Shown here: one piece after another, positions 17,469-26,150 of the stretch
How positions within the stretch are numbered: the first letter of the stretch is position 1
Layout: each line of letters begins with the position of its first letter
NCBI GenBank assembly: GCA_020060385.1
Contig: JAGVAH010000048.1
Coordinates: forward strand, 645-64,644
DNA length: 64,000 nucleotides
From: Syntrophobacterales bacterium
GTDB lineage: Bacteria > Desulfobacterota > Desulfobaccia > Desulfobaccales > 0-14-0-80-60-11
Reading direction: 5' to 3'
Notes under the pieces: model-generated
Database searches by the model: none
Seen by the model: the letters and a program-made list of their open reading frames with translations, nothing else
What the model was told of the DNA's origin: nothing
Position numbers and translations under genes: made by a program

Positions 17469-18626
17469 ATGGTCGGGAAGAAAATCAAAATCGTTCACCT
17501 CATACCCTCCTTCTGGACCGGCCACGGCCCCAGCAGCGGCATCATGGCCCAGATCCGCAGCCATGACCCCCGGGAATTCGCTTTCTCCATCTGGTCCCTC
17601 TATGCCCCGCCCCCGGCCCTGGACCCCGAATCGCTGCTCCGGGAGGCTGGCCTGGAATACCGGGTCTTCCCCATGGGGCGTTCCTTCCTGGATTTCCGGG
17701 TTCTCTGGCCCTTGGTGCGCCATTTGCGGCGCAAAGCGCCGGATATCCTCCACTGCCATCTGCTGCGGGCCAACCTTTACGGCCCCATTGCCGCCCGCCT
17801 GGCGGGGATCAAGGCGGTGATCTGCACCATCCGGGGCATCGATGAGTATGTCACCAGCCCCGGCCTGGTGCCCCGGGCGGTGCGGCTGGCGGAACGCCTC
17901 ACTGCCGGCTGGGTGGCCAGATACGCGGCGGTTTCCGAAGCTGCCCGGCGGGCGATAATTACCCACCTGGGTTTATCGCCCTTAAAAATCGTCACCATCT
18001 TAAACGCGGTGGATCTGGCTCCTTTTCAGCGACCCCGGGGAGATGGCGCCGCAGTCCGGGCCGCGTTGGGGCTGTCCCCGGAGGGGATCGTGGTGGGCTC
18101 CGTGGGGAACCTGTTGCCCCTGAAAAATTACGACAGTCTGGTGCTATGGTTCCGCGAGCTGGCGGCCCTTTGCCCCCAGGTGCAACTGCTCCTCGTTGGC
18201 GAAGGGCAAGAGCGCCAGGCCCTGGAGAGCCTGGTGGCCGAACTGGGCCTGGCCGACAAGGTGCGGTTGCCGGGATTCCGGGAGGATATTCCGGCAGTTT
18301 TGGAGGCCATGGATATCTTTGCCTTCCCATCCCTGTCGGAGGGGCTGCCCCGGGCCGTGATGGAGGCCATGGCTGCGGGCCTGCCCTGCGTGGCCCTGGA
18401 CGTGGGGGGCAATGGCGAAGCCGTGGTGGACGGGGAGACGGGCTATGTGGTCTCTCCCGGGGATGCCCCGGGTTTCACCGCCGGGCTCCTCCGGTTGGTT
18501 CAGGACCCGGAATTACGGAAAAAGTTGGGAGAGGCTGGAAAAAAACGCGCCTTTAAGCTATTTAATCCTAAACGTCTGGCCGCGCAATATGCCGAGCTGT
18601 ACCGCGCGGTCCTTAACCGGAGTTAG
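17469..18626 (+). CDS. Family-4 glycosyltransferase
   Basis: FPSLSEGLPRAVMEAMAAGLPCVALDVGGNGEAVVDGETGYVV is the canonical GT4 E-x7-E region. Confidence 0.75.
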   Translation: MVGKKIKIVHLIPSFWTGHGPSSGIMAQIRSHDPREFAFSIWSLYAPPPALDPESLLREAGLEYRVFPMGRSFLDFRVLWPLVRHLRRKAPDILHCHLLRANLYGPIAARLAGIKAVICTIRGIDEYVTSPGLVPRAVRLAERLTAGWVARYAAVSEAARRAIITHLGLSPLKIVTILNAVDLAPFQRPRGDGAAVRAALGLSPEGIVVGSVGNLLPLKNYDSLVLWFRELAALCPQVQLLLVGEGQERQALESLVAELGLADKVRLPGFREDIPAVLEAMDIFAFPSLSEGLPRAVMEAMAAGLPCVALDVGGNGEAVVDGETGYVVSPGDAPGFTAGLLRLVQDPELRKKLGEAGKKRAFKLFNPKRLAAQYAELYRAVLNRS

Positions 18627-18632
18627 ATCGTC

Positions 18633-20162
18633 GTGGCGGACCTGAACATGCCCCTGGGGGTGGCCGCTGGCCTGCTGGTCTTTGGCTTTGGGGCGACCTA
18701 TGCCATCATCCCCCAGGCCAAGAAATGGGGCCGGAACTGGGGCTTGGTCGCGCCCCCGGGGGGCCGGCGCCATCATCCCCAGGACACTCCCTTAACCGGA
18801 GGGATCGCCCTCTTCATTCCCCTGATGGCGGCCTTCCTGGCCTTTTTCGGCCTCACCTTATCGGGCAAGTTAACCATTCTGCTGCCGGAATGGCCCCGGA
18901 TGTTATCCCTCTTTCTGGGCACCACCTGGATCCTGATCCTGGGCACCATCGACGACCGGCTGATGCTCGGCTGGAAGCCGAAGCTGGCCGGCCAGTTCCT
19001 GGCGGGCCTGGTCCTGGTTCTGGGAGGCCATACCGTGTCCGTGGCCACCATTCCCTGGGTCGGGCCGGTGCATTTTGGCTGGTTGGGCATCCCCCTTTTC
19101 CTGTGCGCGGTAGTGACCATCACCAATGCCATCAACCTCATTGACGGCCTGGACGGCCTGGCCGGGGGCATCTGCTTTTTCGCGGCCCTCACCAACGCGG
19201 TCATCGCCTCGGTAAATGGCGATTTTTTCCCGGCCACCATCAGTTTCACCCTGGCCGGGAGCCTCCTGGGATTTCTCCGGTTTAACTTCCCCCCGGCCTC
19301 CATCTTCCTGGGAGACGGGGGCAGCATGATGCTGGGCTTCCTGTTGGGCACCCTGGCCATCAGTTCCACGGCCTTCTTTCCCGGCCAACGCCTGGGCACC
19401 AGCATCATGATCCTGGCGCCTTTCCTGCCCCTGGGCATCCCCCTCTTTGAAGTGGCCCTCTCCGTTCTCAGGAGATGGCTCACCGGCACCGCCCTCTTCC
19501 TGGGGGACGGCAACCATCTGCACCACCGCCTCCTGGGCAAGATCAAGTCCGCCCGCCCCACGGTGGCGATTTTTTACTTCTTCAGCGCCTCCCTGTGCGC
19601 CCTGACCCTGCTCCTGGTACTGGAAGTCCAGACTCCGGTGCTCCGGTTTTTGGCCGGCTTCCTCACCCTGGTCCTGATGCTGGCGGTCACCTGGTCCCTC
19701 AGGCTCTACGGGGAGCGGGGCCTCTTTCTCACCCTCCGTAACCGCCCTTATTTCAAGTTCTTGGGGGAATTCCTCCGCTTCATGAAACTGCGGATCGGCC
19801 GGGCCAGGTCGGCCGCGGATCTCCTGGCTTTACTGGAGTCGGGGGTCAGGGATCTGGAATTCGACCGCGTCGAGGTGGTCCATCAGGGCCGGATTCTTAA
19901 AAAATGGGCCAATCCCCAACCGGTGCACCCCGACAGCCCCCGCCTGGCTTTCGAAGAATCCCTGGCGGCCTGGGGCCTGCAAGTCAAATGGGTCCGCCCC
20001 CTCCATGGGGATGAGGACTATAACGAATATCTCCAGTTGACCTGGCACCGCTTCCTGGGGGCCGTGAAGGCGGCCTTGCCCCCACAGGACCCGGGCCTGG
20101 GGGAGGCCCCTGCCCGGGAGGAGGGGCAAGAGCCGGTGGCCCGGGCCTCACGGCGGCGGTAG
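18633..20162 (+). CDS. Polyprenyl-phosphate N-acetylhexosamine-1-phosphate transferase (MraY/WecA/WbpL family) with a ~140-aa C-terminal cytoplasmic extension
   Basis: NAINLIDGLDGLAGG and FLGDGGSMMLGF are family signatures, and there are about 10 TM segments. The start is ambiguous (GTG 18633 or ATG 18648). Confidence 0.8.
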   Translation: MADLNMPLGVAAGLLVFGFGATYAIIPQAKKWGRNWGLVAPPGGRRHHPQDTPLTGGIALFIPLMAAFLAFFGLTLSGKLTILLPEWPRMLSLFLGTTWILILGTIDDRLMLGWKPKLAGQFLAGLVLVLGGHTVSVATIPWVGPVHFGWLGIPLFLCAVVTITNAINLIDGLDGLAGGICFFAALTNAVIASVNGDFFPATISFTLAGSLLGFLRFNFPPASIFLGDGGSMMLGFLLGTLAISSTAFFPGQRLGTSIMILAPFLPLGIPLFEVALSVLRRWLTGTALFLGDGNHLHHRLLGKIKSARPTVAIFYFFSASLCALTLLLVLEVQTPVLRFLAGFLTLVLMLAVTWSLRLYGERGLFLTLRNRPYFKFLGEFLRFMKLRIGRARSAADLLALLESGVRDLEFDRVEVVHQGRILKKWANPQPVHPDSPRLAFEESLAAWGLQVKWVRPLHGDEDYNEYLQLTWHRFLGAVKAALPPQDPGLGEAPAREEGQEPVARASRRR

Positions 20163-20299
20163 CCCCTGGCCCCCTTGCGCCACGTGCCTCTCACAGGAAT
20201 CTCAAACCAGGTCTCCGGCAAATGGTGGCCCAGGCTGGAAAGCCTGGGCCGGCGCAGCTTAAAGCCTGCGGCCACCCAAGACAGATTGACCTCCGCCCC

Positions 20300-22015
20300 A
20301 TGTTAGCGATACTTAGCATCTGGTTTTATGTGTTCCTGATCTGTTTGATTTATGGGGGCGCGGCCGCCAGGCTGCTGCTGCACCTTTTGGGAGAAGCAAA
20401 CCCTGATCCGGGGCGGCTGCCCCTTTCCCTGCTCACCATCTTGGGATTATCTTTAGTAACCACCCTGGCCGGCTATCTTTCTCTTTTCATAAAAATCGCT
20501 TTGCTGGCCAATGCCCTGGTCTTCCTGGGTGCCTTGCTCCTGGCCGGCATCTATTATGAAGAACTCACCCATTGCCTCCAGGCTGGCCTGCGGCGGTTAT
20601 TTGCTCTCCATAAATATATCCTGGCCTTATTTTTTTTAATTTTTCTCTTTATCCTGGTCCGGTCCGCGGCCCCTCCTTCCGCCTTTGATACCGGCCTCTA
20701 TCACGCCCAGGCCATCCGCTGGATTGAAGAGTATCCGGTGATCCCGGGATTGGGCAATCTGCACGGCCGGCTGGCCTTCAATTCCATGTGGTTACCGGCC
20801 AACGCCCTCTTCGGCTTTTCTTTCCTGAAGGTCCAGCCCTGCCACGTGCTGAATGGCTTTTTCCTATTAGTTTTTCTCTTTATCTGCCTGCAAGGCTTAA
20901 GTAATTTAATCAACAGGCAATATCATTTCAGCAATATTCTGCGGGCCGGCATGGCCCTCCCCGGGCTCCTGGTTTTTAAGGACCAGTTGTCGTCGCCTAC
21001 TCCGGATGTACCGGTAGCTTTATTGATCTGCCTCCTTTTCGTTTATTATGTCCAATTGCGGGAAAACCATGGGGAGGTTCCGGGGCAGTTCTTCTCCCTC
21101 CTCATTTGCTTCCTGGCCGCCTGGGCCATAACCATCAAATTATCCGCCCTGCCCTTGGCCCTGTTGATAGTAGCGATCGCCGGCAAGGAGATCGCCCGGT
21201 GCCATACCCGCAACTTATGTCTCCTGGCCGGGGGCGCCGCCTTCCTGGTACTCCCCTACTTCCTCAGAAACATCTGGCTCTCCGGCTACCTGCTCTACCC
21301 TTTTCCCGCTCTCGACCTCTTTCACTTTGATTGGCAGGTGCCCCCAGCCGCGGCCCTGGCCGAAAAGCGGGCCGTGGAGGCCTTTGCCCGGGACCCCGGG
21401 TACGTCTTGACTCCGGCCGCCTTAAACAGCGCCTTTGCCTGGGCGCCCACCTGGTTCCAACAGACCCTGGCGGATTACGGCAGTAAATTGGCCCGCATTC
21501 TTCTCCCGGGCCTGGTCCTCCTGGTGGATTGCCTGGTAAACGCCATCACCCGCAAAACCTGGGAGATCGACCTGGGGGAAATCGGCAAAAATGCGGTGCT
21601 CTACCTCACTGCCGCCGGGGGCCTTCTTTTTTGGTTCTTTACTGCGCCGGACCCCCGCTTTGCCATGGGTTATCTGCTGGTGGCGGTCATCATCATCTTC
21701 ATCCCCCTTCTTAAAGCCTTTGATTATCAGGTGACCAGGATATTCCCCTGGTCCCTGGCCTTATTAATGCTTTACTTTGTGGCGGCTTTTCTGCCCCCGG
21801 ATCTTCCCACCCTGGGTCAACGCCTCTGGCTGCCGGCTCCTTATCCCCAGGAACGGCTGACCGTGGAGGAGATTCAGGGCCGCCAGGTCTATTTTCCCGG
21901 GAACCCGGGGGGGAAATGCTGGTATGCCCCTCTTCCTTGTACCTATCACCCCGTTAATTTTGTGTTTCGGGGGGCCGGCATGAAAGACGGTTTCCAGGCC
22001 CGGAGCGCCCCCTAA
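20300..22015 (+). CDS. Large polytopic membrane protein, possible glycan polymerase/transferase (function unassigned)
   Basis: ATG at 20300. There are at least 12 predicted hydrophobic helices and a ~100-aa C-terminal soluble tail. I recognise no catalytic motif. The only functional argument is its position in the glycan cluster. Confidence 0.4.
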   Translation: MLAILSIWFYVFLICLIYGGAAARLLLHLLGEANPDPGRLPLSLLTILGLSLVTTLAGYLSLFIKIALLANALVFLGALLLAGIYYEELTHCLQAGLRRLFALHKYILALFFLIFLFILVRSAAPPSAFDTGLYHAQAIRWIEEYPVIPGLGNLHGRLAFNSMWLPANALFGFSFLKVQPCHVLNGFFLLVFLFICLQGLSNLINRQYHFSNILRAGMALPGLLVFKDQLSSPTPDVPVALLICLLFVYYVQLRENHGEVPGQFFSLLICFLAAWAITIKLSALPLALLIVAIAGKEIARCHTRNLCLLAGGAAFLVLPYFLRNIWLSGYLLYPFPALDLFHFDWQVPPAAALAEKRAVEAFARDPGYVLTPAALNSAFAWAPTWFQQTLADYGSKLARILLPGLVLLVDCLVNAITRKTWEIDLGEIGKNAVLYLTAAGGLLFWFFTAPDPRFAMGYLLVAVIIIFIPLLKAFDYQVTRIFPWSLALLMLYFVAAFLPPDLPTLGQRLWLPAPYPQERLTVEEIQGRQVYFPGNPGGKCWYAPLPCTYHPVNFVFRGAGMKDGFQARSAP

Positions 22016-22153
22016 ACTTAGAAGAGGGGCCAGGGCGGCGGAAGAGGCCGGAGATTAGAAGGGGGGAAATCCCGGGTTGGTGAACCGCGGCAGGGACCAG
22101 GGCCGCCGTCCCTGTTTCCCCCCAAGCCCAGAAGTACTTGGAGGAGAGCCCAA

Positions 22154-23365
22154 GTGGAAAGTAAAAATAGTCCCCATCCTCAATCCTGGGCGCTTTTCCT
22201 GGGAAAATGCGCCCGGGGCTGCGGCCTTTTCCTCAAAACCTTATGGTTGATTATCGGCGCCACCCTCTTGCTGCTCCTCTTCCTGGAGGCAACCTGCGCC
22301 CTCATCTATCATTTGCTTCCCGGTAAAAGGGGCCCCGAGTATTTCCAGGAAAGCGCCAGTTATCAGAAATCTCCCTGGATTCATGATTACGATCAGGAAC
22401 TGTTCTCCAGCTACAATACTTCCTGGAGACCTTATAGATATTGGCGCCGCACCCCTTATAAAGGGAAGTATATTAATATAGACGAGCACGGCATCCGTTA
22501 CACCGTCCCCGGTAAGGTCAAGGCGGGTAATGCTTCCCAAAAGCTGAAGATCTTCATGTTCGGGGGCTCCACCCTCTGGGGGGAGGGAGTCCGGGACCAG
22601 TTTACCATTCCCTCCCTGCTGGCCCAGGATCTGGCCGACCGGGGCCTGAGAACGGAAATCACCAATTTCGGGGAAGTGGCCTACGTCAATACCCAGGAAC
22701 TGATCGAGTTGATATTGCAACTGGAGCGGGGGAATATTCCCGACATCATCATCTTCTATGACGGTTATAATGATGTTTATGCGGCCTTACAGAATCAGGC
22801 CGCGGGCTTCACCCAGTTTGAATGGAAGAGGGAGCTGGAATACAACATATCCACACGTTATAATAAACTTAAAAGGGTCTTTTTGTTAAACACCCTTGAT
22901 AGATTCTATTTGGGCAAATTGATAAAGTCATTATCCAATAAATTGAGTTACCAGAAACCTTTTTCCCAAAAGAGTAATACCTTGAAAAATGATGTAGTGG
23001 AGGTCTATTTAAATAATCTTAAGATCATTGCCGCGTTAGGTAAAGCTTATGGTTTCCTGCCGTTATTTTATTGGCAGCCGGTAATTTACACCAAAAAGAC
23101 CTTGACACTTTTTGAAAAAAGGTTTGCCACTGAACCCCTGGGAGATCTATACCGGCAGTCCCAGGCAGTGATGCAGGCCAGACAGCAAGAATTTGCGCCT
23201 TATCATTTTTTTGATATCAGCGGCTTATTTGCCGCCGCCCCCCATGAGGTCTACCTGGATTATTGCCATGTCAACGAGGATGCCAACCGGATTATCGCCC
23301 AGCGGCTGGCCGACGATTTGCTGCGGATTGCCAAGCCTTCTGTTCCAGCGCCGGCGGTGAAGTAA
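22154..23365 (+). CDS. Membrane-anchored SGNH/GDSL-family hydrolase, paralogue of 5472-6830
   Basis: GTG start with GGAGGAGAG upstream. One N-terminal TM helix, then MFGGSTLWGEG (Ser block), NFGEVAY, YDGYND (GxND), LDYCHVN (DxxH). The block order matches the first copy. Confidence 0.55.
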   Translation: MESKNSPHPQSWALFLGKCARGCGLFLKTLWLIIGATLLLLLFLEATCALIYHLLPGKRGPEYFQESASYQKSPWIHDYDQELFSSYNTSWRPYRYWRRTPYKGKYINIDEHGIRYTVPGKVKAGNASQKLKIFMFGGSTLWGEGVRDQFTIPSLLAQDLADRGLRTEITNFGEVAYVNTQELIELILQLERGNIPDIIIFYDGYNDVYAALQNQAAGFTQFEWKRELEYNISTRYNKLKRVFLLNTLDRFYLGKLIKSLSNKLSYQKPFSQKSNTLKNDVVEVYLNNLKIIAALGKAYGFLPLFYWQPVIYTKKTLTLFEKRFATEPLGDLYRQSQAVMQARQQEFAPYHFFDISGLFAAAPHEVYLDYCHVNEDANRIIAQRLADDLLRIAKPSVPAPAVK

Positions 23366-23553
23366 CTCAACGGCAGCCCGGCCGCCCCAGATAGCCCTCC
23401 CAGAAAAATATCGGCCCGGGCCCGCGCTCAGGCAAAGTTGACCGGGGATAGGACTTGGTCCCCTCTGGCGGGGGGCCAGGCGGCTTCTGGAGGCTTTATT
23501 CCATGTTCCCTTTGAAATGAAACAAACTGACAAGTTAACATATTGATATCTCT

Positions 23554-23582
23554 GGTAGGGGCGGGTATAAACCCCCCCTACC
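23554..23582. repeat. GTAGGGG...CCCCTAC hairpin element
   Basis: GGTAGGGG (23554-23561) pairs with CCCCTACC (23575-23582) around a 13-nt loop. Intergenic. Confidence 0.7.
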
Positions 23583-23654
23583 ATGCGAACATGGTGTTAA
23601 AGATGATTCCGCCATGGTGGCCGGGATTCGGAAAGCATACGACCATTTGCTAAA

Positions 23655-23669
23655 TGTTGCAAAATTGCA
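23655..23669. promoter_or_regulatory. Candidate regulator-binding motif TGTTGCAA-AA-TTGCA upstream of the sigma-54 activator gene
   Basis: Its reverse complement, TGCAATTTTGCAACA, matches 14/15 positions of 25346-25360 upstream of the nuoE-like operon. Confidence 0.35.
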
Positions 23670-23690
23670 TATGTTTCAAAAATAAAATGT

Positions 23691-23716
23691 TTGACTGGTA
23701 TAAAGATTGCTATAAT
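23691..23716 (+). promoter_or_regulatory. Candidate extended -10 promoter (TGCTATAAT) for the activator gene
   Basis: TGnTATAAT at 23708-23716 in an AT-rich island. TTGACT at 23691-23696 is only 14 nt away, too close for a canonical -35, so the call rests on the extended -10 alone. Confidence 0.3.
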
Positions 23717-23860
23717 ATATATAGGGAGAAAAGATTCCGACAGCGCATATCCTCTGTCTGCATTTTCAACTCCCCTGCTCCAGTGTGTCCATTAAGTTAG
23801 ATCCACACCCGGCGTGTGCAACCCCTCGAGGTCTGAGGGCCCAGAGGTAGGAGATGGGCC

Positions 23861-25261
23861 ATGTGTGCACTCACCTCTTTGGAAAATATTCACAACCCAG
23901 ATATTCTCCCCTCCCTGAAGTTCATGAACCTCGACTATGCCGACATTCTCGACCATTTTCCCGAAGGCGTCTTTCTCATCAACACCCGCTGGCAAGTGGG
24001 TTACTTCAACCAGATGGCCGAGGAAATCACCGGTTACACCCGGGAGGAGGTCATGGGCAAGTTCTGCTGGGACGTATTCCGGGCGGACATGTGCCAGAAA
24101 GACTGCCCCATGCGCATCTCCATGAGCACCGGGGAGGTCCTGGTGGACCAGGAGGTGGAAATCACCACCAAAGCCGGGATGAAAAGATTGATCCTGGTCA
24201 ATACCGCCCAGATCAAGAAGCCTGGCAACGTGGTGCTGGGGGGGGTGGAAACCTTTCACCACCTCACCTGTCCCGAAGCCGCGGCCAAGGCTGATGATCG
24301 GGGTTTTGCGGCCATTGCCGGGGTCAGCCCCCGGATGCAGGAGATTATTCAGAGCCTGCCGGTGATCGCGGCCTCCGATTCCAACGTGCTGATCCAGGGG
24401 GAATCCGGCACCGGCAAAGAACTGGTGGCCCGGGTCATCCACCAGCATAGCCCCCGGAGCAAAGGGCCCTTCGTGGCGGTAAACTGCTCGGCCATCCCCG
24501 AGACCTTGATCGAGTCGGAACTCTTCGGACATGAACGGGGGGCCTTCACCGGCGCGGTGAGCAGCAAGCCGGGCCGCTTCGAATTGGCCAAGGGCGGCAC
24601 CCTCTTACTGGACGAGATCGGCGACCTCAAGCCCGAACTCCAGGTGAAGCTGCTGCGCGTCCTGGAGGTCAAGGCCTTTATGCGGGTGGGGGGCACCCGC
24701 AAAATCCCCCTGGAAGCCAGGATCATGACCGCCACCAATGTGGACCTCATGGAAGCCATGCGCCAGGGCAAGTTCCGGGATGACCTTTATTACCGGCTGT
24801 TCACCGTGCCCATTGATCTGCCGCCTCTCCGGGAAAAACGGGAGGATATTCCCATCCTGGTGAAGTGCTTCCTGGAGCAGCTCAACCGCAAATTCAATAA
24901 AAAGGTGCGGGGGGTGGACCCCAAGGTCATGAAGATCCTCTGCCGCCATTCCTGGCCCGGCAATGTCCGGGAGCTGCAGCATGTCCTGGAATACTGCTTC
25001 GTCTTTGCCAAAGGCCCCCTGATCACCGAACGCCACCTGCCCCGCCTGGAATCATCCTGGGCCGGCCGGGAACTGGAGCTGCCCCTGGCCGATAAGGCCA
25101 TGAGCCCCCTGCAGTCGCTAGAAAAGAAAACCATTCTCATGGCCCTGCAGATGAGCCAGGGCAGCAAGCAGGACGCGGCCCGGATCCTGAAGATCAGCCG
25201 CAGCAAACTCTGGCGGAAGATGCGGCTCTACCATCTCGGCGACAAGGACTTTAAAAAATAA
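23861..25261 (+). CDS. Sigma-54-dependent transcriptional activator (PAS sensor - AAA+ - Fis-type HTH)
   Basis: PAS-like N-terminus with a Cys cluster [19 protein letters not shown]+ motifs [15 protein letters not shown] and ERGAFTGA (GAFTGA loop). C-terminal [22 protein letters not shown] 23861 follows GGAG; 23924 is an alternative start. Confidence 0.85.
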   Translation: MCALTSLENIHNPDILPSLKFMNLDYADILDHFPEGVFLINTRWQVGYFNQMAEEITGYTREEVMGKFCWDVFRADMCQKDCPMRISMSTGEVLVDQEVEITTKAGMKRLILVNTAQIKKPGNVVLGGVETFHHLTCPEAAAKADDRGFAAIAGVSPRMQEIIQSLPVIAASDSNVLIQGESGTGKELVARVIHQHSPRSKGPFVAVNCSAIPETLIESELFGHERGAFTGAVSSKPGRFELAKGGTLLLDEIGDLKPELQVKLLRVLEVKAFMRVGGTRKIPLEARIMTATNVDLMEAMRQGKFRDDLYYRLFTVPIDLPPLREKREDIPILVKCFLEQLNRKFNKKVRGVDPKVMKILCRHSWPGNVRELQHVLEYCFVFAKGPLITERHLPRLESSWAGRELELPLADKAMSPLQSLEKKTILMALQMSQGSKQDAARILKISRSKLWRKMRLYHLGDKDFKK

Positions 25262-25342
25262 GACGTTTTTTAAATATGCGACAATTTCCCCGCTTATATA
25301 ACTACTAAATATTTAAAATAAAAATAAGCCATCCTTAATCTG

Positions 25343-25360
25343 TGTTGCAATTTTGTAACA
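25343..25360. promoter_or_regulatory. Dyad-symmetric site TGTTGCAA-TT-TTGTAACA (candidate UAS)
   Basis: The two 8-nt half-sites are inverted repeats (7/8). The site lies about 270 bp upstream of the sigma-54 promoter and is related to 23655-23669. Confidence 0.4.
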
Positions 25361-25615
25361 AACCTTCCCTATCAATAATTTTTCTAGAAAATATTTGGTT
25401 GATAAGTAAATCCAGAAATCATCGGTCTCCGGTGAAATCAAAACACCCTTTCATTTACGCGACATTGTTTGGAAATAATTAACTCCTTGAAATACTTAAT
25501 ATTTACTAAGTGCCTCCAAAAAACGTTTTAATTCCGCTCATTTCCAACCCCGGTAAATCCCTCGGGCTCCCCCCCCACCTTCATAATTATTATTAGTTTC
25601 AACTAATTATCCGTT

Positions 25616-25631
25616 TGGCCCCGTCCTTGCT
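25616..25631 (+). promoter_or_regulatory. Sigma-54 (-24/-12) promoter TGGCCCCGTCCTTGCT
   Basis: GG at 25617-25618 and GC at 25629-25630, matching the spacing of the consensus TGGCACG-N4-TTGCW. It lies 47 nt upstream of the nuoE-like ATG, directly downstream of a sigma-54 activator gene. Confidence 0.7.
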
Positions 25632-25677
25632 CTGTTTGCCGTTGAGAGCAAATCCCCGAACAGAGGAGGAAAGGTCT

Positions 25678-26145
25678 ATGAGTGTCACATTTAAGGTCCT
25701 GGAAACTATCCTGGAGCGCTATCCCCCCAGTTCGGAGCACCTCATCAGCGCCCTACAGGATGTACAGGCCCGGTTCAATTACATTCCCCCGGAGGCGATG
25801 ACCGCGGTCTGCGACCATCTGGGGGTGCCGCTGTCCCGGGGTTGGGCGGTGGCCACCTTCTATAAATCCTTTAGCCTGGAGCCCAAAGGCGAACACGATG
25901 TGGCGGTGTGCCTGGGCACGGCCTGTCACGTCAGGGGCGGCCGCAACGTCTATGACAAGTTCCGGCGGGATCTGGGCATTGCCGCTCAAGAAGGGACCAC
26001 CCGGGACCTCAAGTTCTCCCTGCGCCAGGTGCGGTGCCTGGGTTGTTGCTCCATGGCGCCGGTGGCCCAGGTGGACGAGGAGATTCACGGCAATCTCAGC
26101 CAGCGGAAAGCGGGGCATCTGCTCCGGATGTACCGCAAGAGGTGA
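25678..26145 (+). CDS. NuoE/HoxE-like [2Fe-2S] thioredoxin-fold subunit
   Basis: SD GAGGAGGA upstream. Cys pattern CLGTACHVRG ... CLGCCSMAP is typical of NuoE/HydC. Confidence 0.8.
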   Translation: MSVTFKVLETILERYPPSSEHLISALQDVQARFNYIPPEAMTAVCDHLGVPLSRGWAVATFYKSFSLEPKGEHDVAVCLGTACHVRGGRNVYDKFRRDLGIAAQEGTTRDLKFSLRQVRCLGCCSMAPVAQVDEEIHGNLSQRKAGHLLRMYRKR

Positions 26146-26150
26146 GGGTC

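Noticed and set aside
23691-23696. TTGACT as the -35 box for the activator-gene promoter
   Set aside because: It is only 14 nt from the TATAAT at 23711-23716, too short for sigma-70 geometry. The promoter call therefore rests on the extended -10 (TGCTATAAT) only.
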